Source: Tepidisphaera sp.
GTDB lineage: Bacteria > Planctomycetota > Phycisphaerae > Phycisphaerales > UBA1924
NCBI GenBank assembly: GCA_050916045.1
Contig: CP051526.1
Span: 2,720,001 to 2,784,000, forward strand
Direction of reading: 5' to 3'
DNA length: 64,000 nt
The position numbers were made by a program, and so were the translations under genes. The notes below the pieces were generated by a model. The model was not told the DNA's origin, made no database searches, and saw only the letters and a program-made list of their open reading frames with translations. Below are positions 57,187 through 64,000 of this stretch, in pieces. Each line of letters starts with the position of its first letter. Within the stretch, counting starts at the first letter, position 1.

Positions 57187-59467
57187 CCCGCGCAAACTCA
57201 AGCCCGGCGAACTCGCGCGGTTGCTCAACAGCACGCCGCTGGGCGAGGTGATCAGCGAGCGTCAGCTCCATCGACATCGCACGCGCGCGGGCTTCCGCGT
57301 TGCGGCTGACGGCGACGCAGGCAAAGTCGATCTGTTCAGGTACGTCGCGTGGCTGGTGACGACGCGGCACGAAGCGATCTCGGAAGCCGCGCGTTCCCCC
57401 GAGGGTCTCACGGGCTACGACGCGATGAAGGAGCGTGCCCGGCTTCGCAACGCGATGCTCTCGCTCTCGGGCCGTGACATCGGTGACCTGCCACCGGTCG
57501 CTGATGCTGCCCGTAAGGAAAAGGCCGCGAGCGACTTCCGGTACTTCTGCGAGGCGTACTTTCCGCAGACGTTCCATCTCAAGTGGTCGGACGATCACCT
57601 CAAGGTGATCGGCAAGATCGAGCAGGCGGTGCTCGAGGGCGGGCTGTTTGCGATGGCGATGCCGCGCGGCTCGGGCAAGACCTCGCTCTGTGAGACCGCT
57701 TGCCTGTGGGCGCTGGTGTACGGTCACCGAGACTTCGTGGCGCTGATTGGCTCGGATGAAGAACACGCCGCGGGGATGCTGGAGAGCATCAAGGCGGAGC
57801 TGGAGAACAGCGAGATCCTGGCGGGTGACTTTCCGGAAGTGTGCCATCCGATCCGTTCGCTCGAAGGCATCCACCAGCGGGCGTCGGGGCAGCTCTTCCA
57901 GGGCAAGCAGACGCACATCGGCTGGACCGCCAAGGAGATCGTGTTGCCGACGATCACCGGCTCGGTCGCGTCCGGGGCGATCATCCGCGTGGCCGGGATC
58001 ACCGGTCGCATCCGCGGTATGAAGCACAAGCGGGCGGACGGCACGTCGGCGCGTCCGTCGCTAGTGCTCATCGATGACCCGCAGACCGACGAGAGCGCTC
58101 GTTCGCCGTCGCAGTGCGCCAACCGCGAGCGCATCCTCGCGGGCGCGATTCTCGGCCTTGCCGGACCCGGGAAGAAGATCGCCGGGCTAATGACGCTGAC
58201 GGTGGTGCGTCCCGACGATCTGGCGGACCGCATCCTCGACCGGGTCAAGCACCCGCAATGGCAGGGCGAACGCACAAAGATGGTCTATGCCTTCCCGGCA
58301 CGCGACGCTCTGTGGCAGCGGTACGCCGAGATCCGTGCCGACGGGCTCAGGAATGACCGGGGCATCGTCGATGCGACGGCGTTCTACAAGCAGCACCGCA
58401 CGGCGATGGACGAGGGTGCGGTGATCGCATGGCCCGAGAGGTTCAACCACGACGAGTTGTCGGCGATCCAGCACGCGATGAACCTCAAGCTGCAGGACGA
58501 GTCGGCGTTCTTCGCCGAGTACCAGAACGAACCGTTGCCGGAGGTCCAAGCACTCGACGACCTGCTGAGCGCCGATCAGATCGCGGCCAAGCTCAACGGT
58601 CAGGCCCGTGCCGAAGTACCGATCGGCTGCACCCGCCTGACCATGTTCGTGGACGTGCAGGGCAAGGCTCTGTTCTACCTCGTCGCGGCATGGGAGGACG
58701 ACTTCACCGGGTACATCATCGACTACGGCACCGAACCTGACCAGAAGATGGCGGGTGGCTACTTCACGCTCCGAGACATGCGCCGGACGCTCGCGACCGC
58801 CGCGCCACGCGCCGGCGTTGAAGGTGCCATTTACGCGGGTCTGGAGCGGCTGGCGGAGACGCATCTCGCGCGCGAGTGGCGGCGGGACGACGGCGCGATG
58901 GTGCGGATCGACCGCTGCCTGATTGATGCCAACTGGGGTTCGTCGACGGACGTGGTCTACCAGTTCTGTCGGCAGAGCCCGCACGCCGGGGTGCTGATGC
59001 CCAGCCACGGGCGGTATGTCGGCGCATCGAGCCTGCCCTTTGGCGACTACAAGCGCAAGCGGGGCGAGCGAGTCGGGCTCAACTGGCGTGTGCCCGTGGT
59101 GACCGGGAAGCGCAGCGTGCGGCACATCGTGTTCGATACGAACTACTGGAAGTCGTTCGTGCACGCTCGTCTGGCCGTCCCGATGGGCGATCCCGGTTGC
59201 CTCTCGCTCTTTGGCACCAAGGCCGATCCGCACCGCCTGCTGGCCGAGCACTTGACCAGCGAGTACCGCGTGAAGACCGAGGGTCGAGGCCGCACGGTTG
59301 ACGAATGGAAGCTCCGCGTCGAGGGGCTCGACAACCACTGGCTGGACTGCTTGGTCGGGGCTGGGGTCGCAGCGTCGCTGCAGGGCGCGGTGCTGTTCGG
59401 CACGGACTCTCGCGTCGTCACGCGGCCACGAATGCGACTGTCCGCCCTGAAGGGAGATCGCCGCTGA
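57176..59467 (+). CDS. Terminase large subunit (gpA-type nuclease domain) with N-terminal wHTH extension
   Basis: AMPRGSGKT, RG, LIDDPQ, FVDVQ, CLIDANWG, DNHWLDC. Confidence 0.88.
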   Translation: MAIDPRKLKPGELARLLNSTPLGEVISERQLHRHRTRAGFRVAADGDAGKVDLFRYVAWLVTTRHEAISEAARSPEGLTGYDAMKERARLRNAMLSLSGRDIGDLPPVADAARKEKAASDFRYFCEAYFPQTFHLKWSDDHLKVIGKIEQAVLEGGLFAMAMPRGSGKTSLCETACLWALVYGHRDFVALIGSDEEHAAGMLESIKAELENSEILAGDFPEVCHPIRSLEGIHQRASGQLFQGKQTHIGWTAKEIVLPTITGSVASGAIIRVAGITGRIRGMKHKRADGTSARPSLVLIDDPQTDESARSPSQCANRERILAGAILGLAGPGKKIAGLMTLTVVRPDDLADRILDRVKHPQWQGERTKMVYAFPARDALWQRYAEIRADGLRNDRGIVDATAFYKQHRTAMDEGAVIAWPERFNHDELSAIQHAMNLKLQDESAFFAEYQNEPLPEVQALDDLLSADQIAAKLNGQARAEVPIGCTRLTMFVDVQGKALFYLVAAWEDDFTGYIIDYGTEPDQKMAGGYFTLRDMRRTLATAAPRAGVEGAIYAGLERLAETHLAREWRRDDGAMVRIDRCLIDANWGSSTDVVYQFCRQSPHAGVLMPSHGRYVGASSLPFGDYKRKRGERVGLNWRVPVVTGKRSVRHIVFDTNYWKSFVHARLAVPMGDPGCLSLFGTKADPHRLLAEHLTSEYRVKTEGRGRTVDEWKLRVEGLDNHWLDCLVGAGVAASLQGAVLFGTDSRVVTRPRMRLSALKGDRR

Positions 59468-59652
59468 TGCCCAAGGTCAGCAAGAACCCACCGATGGACG
59501 GTGACCGAAAGCTCGGGCTGGTTTGCCGCGCCTGCGGCTGTCAGCACTTCACGGTGGTCTATCTCCGCCGGCCCGCCCCCGGCGTGATTGTGCGGCGGCG
59601 TGAGTGCCGCAACTGCGGCCGGCGCATGACCACCCGAGAGGCCGAGCGGTAG
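59467..59652 (+). CDS. Small Zn-ribbon protein (NrdR-N/Ogr-Delta-like)
   Basis: CRACG...RRRECRNCGRRMTTRE; TGATG coupling to terminase. Confidence 0.75.
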   Translation: MPKVSKNPPMDGDRKLGLVCRACGCQHFTVVYLRRPAPGVIVRRRECRNCGRRMTTREAER

Positions 59653-59686
59653 CAAGGGTCGATCTATCGAATCAATGCGCGCACGA

Positions 59687-59719
59687 GCGCGACACTTCTG
59701 CGGGGTCGTGCACATATAG
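59687..59719 (+). promoter_or_regulatory. Conserved phage motif copy 3
   Basis: GCGCGACA-cttctgcgggg-TCGTGCACATATAG, upstream of the head operon. Confidence 0.75.
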
Positions 59720-59734
59720 AGGGCAAGGACCTCC

Positions 59735-59941
59735 ATGCCCGACCCCGCCCCCAATCTCAACCAGACCATCCGCGACAACGCCGCTCAGCCTGCCAAGGCG
59801 TCCGTCGACGGCCAGTCCGTCGAGCAGCACCCGCTGAAAGACCAGATCGAGGCCGATCGCTACCTCGCGTCCAAGGAAGCCGCGAGGAAGCCCGGCCTCG
59901 GCATCAGGTTCGCCAAGATCGTCCCTCCCGGTTCTGTCTGA
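59735..59941 (+). CDS. gpW-like head completion protein
   Basis: 68 aa between TerL and portal; ASVDGQSVEQH.L.D.I. Confidence 0.65.
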   Translation: MPDPAPNLNQTIRDNAAQPAKASVDGQSVEQHPLKDQIEADRYLASKEAARKPGLGIRFAKIVPPGSV

Positions 59942-59952
59942 CCCGATCCCCC

Positions 59953-61524
59953 ATGCTCAAGACCATCGCCAACATCCTGAGCCGGGCCACGCGGGGAATC
60001 ACTCCCAGCGATCTCTCCCCCTCCTCCGCACCTGCGCGAGGCTCGCATGGACGCGAGCCGCGTGCGGGAAGCGGAGCGCGTCGACTCGTCGTCGCCAAGT
60101 TCGACTCGGCCAAGACCACGCCGGAGAACCGCAAGCACTGGGCGAACGCGGACGGCCTTTCACCCAACGCCGCGATCAACCCGGAGGTGCGGCGCGTCCT
60201 CCGCAACCGCGCCCGCTACGAGGTCGCCAACAACTCCTACGCCAAGGGCATCGTCCTCACGCTCGCCAACGACACCATCGGCACCGGTCCCCGGCTGCAG
60301 ATGCTCACTGACGACGCCGATGCGAATGCTCGCATCGAGGATGCGTTCGAGCAGTGGTCACGGGCGGTCGACCTCCCCGGAAAGCTCCGCACCATGCGGC
60401 TGGCCCGGGCAGAGAGCGGTGAGGCGTTCGCGCTCCTGGTCAATAACCCTGGCATTGCGTCGGCGGGCTCGCCGGTATCTCTTGACCTCAAGCTCATCGA
60501 GGCCGACCAGGTCTGCACGCCCCTGCTCCGCCGCGGGCGCAACGAAGAGGTCGACGGCATTGCGCTCGACGCGTGGGGTAACCCCTCCGCGTACCGAGTG
60601 CTCAAGCGGCACCCCGGTGACAGCGGCGTGTTCCGCACGCCGATCGACGACCTCACGGCCTACGACACGTTTCCTGCGTCATCGGTCGTGCATTACTTCC
60701 GTCCGGACCGGCCCGGCCAACTCCGCGGCATCCCTGACATCACGCCCGCGCTCCCGCTGTTTGCGCAGCTCCGCCGGTACACGCTGGCGACGATCGCGGC
60801 CGCCGAGACCGCCGCCAACTTCGCCGCCGTCATCTACACCGACAGCCCTGCCAACGGCGAGGCCGATCCGCTCGAGCCGATGGACGAGGTCGAACTCGAG
60901 CAGCGTCTCGCCACCGTACTTCCGGGCGGATGGAAGCTCGGCCAGGTGCATGCCGAGCAGCCGACGACGACGTTCGGCGAGTTCAAGCGCGAGATCCTCA
61001 ACGAGATCGCCCGCTGCCTGAACATGCCGTTCAACGTCGCGGCCGGCAACTCCTCGGGGTACAACTACGCCAGCGGTCGCCTTGACCACCAGGTGTACTA
61101 CAAGAGCATCCGCGTCGAGCAGCACCACTTGCAGCTCGCCGTGCTCGATCGCATCCTGAAGGCGTGGCTCAACGAGGCCGTGCTTGTCGAAGGGCTGCTC
61201 CCGCAATCTCTGCGGACCATTGCCGCCACCCTGCCCGAGCATGCGTGGTTCTGGGATGGCGTCGAGCACGTCGATCCCGCCAAAGAAGCGAACGCCCAGG
61301 CCACGCGCCTGGCCAATCACACGACCACGCTCGCCGCCGAGTTCGCCCGGCAAGGCCGCGACTGGGAGCAGGAGCTCCGCCAGCGTGCCAAAGAACTCAC
61401 GCTCATGAACGAACTCGGCCTCGCGCTCGCAACCGCACCGGCCGCCGCTCCGGCTGCGAACGCCCCCGCCGAAGACCCCGCAGACCAAGTTGATGAGGAG
61501 ACCGCCAGTGCCAGTCACCGCTGA
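59953..61524 (+). CDS. Phage portal protein, lambda family
   Basis: LRNRARYEVANN.YA.G, GEAF, RPGQLRGIP, NYASGR, VDPAKEA, GRDWE. Confidence 0.92.
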   Translation: MLKTIANILSRATRGITPSDLSPSSAPARGSHGREPRAGSGARRLVVAKFDSAKTTPENRKHWANADGLSPNAAINPEVRRVLRNRARYEVANNSYAKGIVLTLANDTIGTGPRLQMLTDDADANARIEDAFEQWSRAVDLPGKLRTMRLARAESGEAFALLVNNPGIASAGSPVSLDLKLIEADQVCTPLLRRGRNEEVDGIALDAWGNPSAYRVLKRHPGDSGVFRTPIDDLTAYDTFPASSVVHYFRPDRPGQLRGIPDITPALPLFAQLRRYTLATIAAAETAANFAAVIYTDSPANGEADPLEPMDEVELEQRLATVLPGGWKLGQVHAEQPTTTFGEFKREILNEIARCLNMPFNVAAGNSSGYNYASGRLDHQVYYKSIRVEQHHLQLAVLDRILKAWLNEAVLVEGLLPQSLRTIAATLPEHAWFWDGVEHVDPAKEANAQATRLANHTTTLAAEFARQGRDWEQELRQRAKELTLMNELGLALATAPAAAPAANAPAEDPADQVDEETASASHR

Positions 61525-63451
61525 CAAGACCAAGACCATCCCAGCCCTCACGCTCACTGCAACCGCCGACATCACCGTCGCCGCCGCTGCTGACGGGCAG
61601 AGCGCTCCGTTGCCACGCTTCAAGATGGTCGCGTACACCGGTGGCGCGATGCGCGTCGCGGGCTGGCGGCACCCCGTCGTGATCGATCTCGCAGGCCTGG
61701 CGGTCCCGTCGCAGGCACGCCCCATCCGCTTCGGACACGACCCGCTGTCGGGCGTCGGCCACACCGATTCGATCCGCGTTGAGGCCGGGCAGCTCGTGGC
61801 GACAGGCGTGATCTCGCGTGACACGAGCGCAGCCAAGGAAGTCGTCGCGTCCTCGCGGAACGGCTTCCCGTGGCAAGCCTCCGTCGGCGCGAGCGTCGAG
61901 GAGTTCGAGTTCATCAAGGACAACCAGAAGGCGACGGTCAACGGCCAGGAACTCACCGGCCCGGTCAACGTCGTCCGCAAGGCCACGCTCGGCGAGATCA
62001 GTTTCGTGGATCTCGGCGCAGACGGCCGCACCAGCGCGAGCATCGCCGCGCGTCAGAACAAGGAGCCCAGCGTCATGGCCGACGATCCCACGACTTCCAA
62101 TCCCACCCCGTCCCCATTCATCGCCACCGAGCAGACGCCCGAGCAGGTCCGCGCTGCAGCCCTTGCTGAGACCGCCCGCATCGCCGCCGTCCGCAAGGTC
62201 TGCGGCGGCAAGCACAGCGAGATCGAAGCCCAGGCCATCCGCGACAACTGGGATGCCACGCGCACCGAGCTCGAGGTCCTCCGCGCCAGCCGCCCCAAGG
62301 CCCCAGCCATCCACGCTCCGGATAACAGCGTCACCAGCGAGGTGCTCGAAGCCGCGTGCTTCCAGAGCGCCAAGCTCGAGGGCATCGAGAAGGTTTGCTC
62401 CACACAGGCAATCGAGATCGCCGCCAAGCGGTTCCAGGGCGGCCTGGGCCTGCAGGAACTGCTCTTCGAGGCCGCGATCGCCAACGGCTACACCGGCCGC
62501 ACGTTCCGCGACAGCCGCCGCGTGCTCGAGGCCGCGTTCGGACGCGGCATCGAGGCGGGCATGACCACCATCGATGTGGGTGGCATCCTCTCCAACGTCG
62601 CCAACAAGTTCCTGCTCGAGGGCTTCTTCAGCGTCGAGCGCGTGTGGCGGAGCATCTGCGCCGTCCGCAACGTCAGCGACTTCAAGACCGTCACCAGCTA
62701 CCGCCTGGTCGGCAAGGACCAGTACGAGCAGGTCGCCCCCGGCGGCGAGCTCAAGCAGGGCACGCTCGGCGAGGAGACCTACACCAACAAGGCCGACACC
62801 TACGGCCTGATGCTCTCGATCGACCGCCGCGACATCATCAACGACGACCTCGGCGCGATCACCACGGTCCCCCGCAAGCTCGGTCGTGGCTCGGGCCTGA
62901 AGATCAACGACGTCTTCTGGACGGCGTTCATGAACAACGCCGCGTTCTTCAGCGCCGGCAACAAGAACTTCGTCTCGGGCGCGGACACCGCGCTCGGCAT
63001 CGACGGCCTCACCAAGGGCGAGGTCGCCTTCATGGACCTCGTGGACTCCGACGGCAAGCCCACCGGCGTGATGCCCGCGATCCTGCTGGTGCCCACGGCG
63101 CTCTCGGCGATGGGCACGCAGCTCTACAAGAGCGTCGAGCTCCGGGACACGACCGCGAACACCAAGTTCCCCGTCGCCAACCCGCACCAGGGCAAGTTCC
63201 GCATCGAGGTCAGCCGTTACCTCTCCAACGCCCTCTACACCGGCAACTCGGCCAAGGCGTGGTACCTCCTCGCGGACCCCAGCGACCTGCCCGTCATCGA
63301 GATGGCGTTCCTCAACGGGCAGGAAGCCCCGACCGTCGAGACGTCCGATGCGGACTTCAACATGCTCGGCATCCGGATGCGTGGGTACCACGACTTCGGC
63401 GTCAACCTGCAGGACCCGCGCGGCGGCGTGAAGAGCAAGGGCGAGGTGTAA
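61490..63451 (+). CDS. Prohead protease-scaffold-major capsid fusion protein
   Basis: N-terminal AYTGG..H..GH..WQASVG..EISFV.LGAD protease; AETARIAAVR scaffold; VSDFK..TYG..I.RRDIINDDLGA..AWYL..FLNG..P..DFG capsid; start may be GTG 61508. Confidence 0.88.
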   Translation: MMRRPPVPVTADKTKTIPALTLTATADITVAAAADGQSAPLPRFKMVAYTGGAMRVAGWRHPVVIDLAGLAVPSQARPIRFGHDPLSGVGHTDSIRVEAGQLVATGVISRDTSAAKEVVASSRNGFPWQASVGASVEEFEFIKDNQKATVNGQELTGPVNVVRKATLGEISFVDLGADGRTSASIAARQNKEPSVMADDPTTSNPTPSPFIATEQTPEQVRAAALAETARIAAVRKVCGGKHSEIEAQAIRDNWDATRTELEVLRASRPKAPAIHAPDNSVTSEVLEAACFQSAKLEGIEKVCSTQAIEIAAKRFQGGLGLQELLFEAAIANGYTGRTFRDSRRVLEAAFGRGIEAGMTTIDVGGILSNVANKFLLEGFFSVERVWRSICAVRNVSDFKTVTSYRLVGKDQYEQVAPGGELKQGTLGEETYTNKADTYGLMLSIDRRDIINDDLGAITTVPRKLGRGSGLKINDVFWTAFMNNAAFFSAGNKNFVSGADTALGIDGLTKGEVAFMDLVDSDGKPTGVMPAILLVPTALSAMGTQLYKSVELRDTTANTKFPVANPHQGKFRIEVSRYLSNALYTGNSAKAWYLLADPSDLPVIEMAFLNGQEAPTVETSDADFNMLGIRMRGYHDFGVNLQDPRGGVKSKGEV

Positions 63452-63580
63452 GCCATGCCCGTGCAGGGAAGCACAGGCGCTGGGGGGCTCGGCGGCGAGC
63501 TCCCCGGCGAACTCGGAAGCGGCATCGATCAGCAATCGGGCATCGACACCGATGGCCCACCAACAGATGGAGGTTCAGGA

Positions 63581-63928
63581 ATGGCTTCAGGACCAGCAAA
63601 GTTCGTTCAGGAAGGCGGCTCGATCGACTACACCCCCGGCGCTGACGTGCTCGTCGGCGCGGTGGTGGTGCAGGCCGACCTCATCGGCGTCACGCAGGCA
63701 CCGATCAAGGCGGGCCAGTTGGGATCGCTCGCCGTCACCGGCGTCTTCGATTTCAACAAGGCGATCGGCGGTGGCAGCGCCATCCCTGCGGGCACGCTCA
63801 CGTACTGGGATGCGGCCGCCCAGAACGCCACCAAGAACGCGGCCGCCGGCGCAAACAAGCTGATCGGCAAGGCGGTGAAGGCCACCGTCGACGCCGACAC
63901 CATCGTTCGCGTGCGGTTGCAGCAATAA
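63581..63928 (+). CDS. DUF2190 capsid decoration/cement protein
   Basis: GGAGG RBS; FVQEGGSIDYTP..V..G.VVV..LIGV...GVFDF.K..YWD..IGKAV..VRVRL; upstream in-frame ATG at 63455. Confidence 0.85.
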   Translation: MASGPAKFVQEGGSIDYTPGADVLVGAVVVQADLIGVTQAPIKAGQLGSLAVTGVFDFNKAIGGGSAIPAGTLTYWDAAAQNATKNAAAGANKLIGKAVKATVDADTIVRVRLQQ

Positions 63929-63937
63929 GGAGCACCT

Positions 63938-64000
63938 GTGGGCGACCTGCTCGATCGCGGCGCGGCATTCCTCGATGCCCAGCGTCACCAGCACCTCTCC
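63938..64000 (+). CDS. Phage protein, 3'-truncated by window edge
   Basis: AAGGAG RBS then GTG GGC GAC CTG..., open to the end. Confidence 0.6.
   Translation, partial: MGDLLDRGAAFLDAQRHQHLS

Larger units (their letters stand above)
26141..64000. mobile_element. Accessory island beginning at tRNA-Asn: defence operon plus prophage; right end outside window
   Basis: Abrupt switch from housekeeping genes to defence and phage genes after the tRNA; visibly more A/T-ending codons in 26.4-40.8 kb (not computed). Confidence 0.7.
40783..64000 (+). mobile_element. Lambda-like prophage (integration, replication, packaging and head modules); continues past window
   Basis: Serine recombinase, Sak4/SSB/RusA, helicase, primase, methylase, gpA-type terminase, lambda-type portal and capsid in phage order. 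Confidence 0.9.

Noticed and set aside
26104..64000. attL/attR duplication of the tRNA-Asn 3' end
   Set aside because: No second copy noticed by eye in this window; needs a computed search and downstream sequence

Overview
GC-rich bacterial chromosome segment that looks like a Planctomycetota (Phycisphaerae-like) genome; this is inferred from gene content only. 1-26,140 is host backbone: tRNA-binding protein, ECF sigma/anti-sigma pair, CE7-like esterase, TolB-like protein, GH29 fucosidase, rplS/trmD/rpsP, an ABC ATPase, metH, rpmE and tRNA-Asn(GTT). Five secreted proteins in this part end in the same Cys-bracketed dockerin-like 'DFNGDxFVDFFDY...GC' module. An accessory island starts right after tRNA-Asn. 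Its first block (26.4-40.8 kb) is an 8-gene minus-strand defence operon: DUF4258-like putative RNase, TerY vWA, PP2C, kinase, UPF1-like SF1 helicase, wHTH/HEPN-like effector, coiled-coil McrB (NxD) GTPase and McrC-like Zn-ribbon protein. This resembles a CoCoNuT plus TerY-P system. It faces a divergent RtcR-like sigma-54 activator, and a -24/-12 promoter plus tandem enhancer-like sites are readable between them. The second block (40.8 kb to beyond the window end) is a lambda-like prophage with serine recombinase, sigma-like factor, Sak4/SSB/RusA, helicase, primase-helicase, ParB-methylase, terminase, portal and protease-capsid. Its three modules are each preceded by an identical bipartite motif, GCGCGACA-N11-TCGTGCACATATAG, a candidate promoter for the phage's own sigma factor. 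All calls come from reading motifs by eye; no searches were run.
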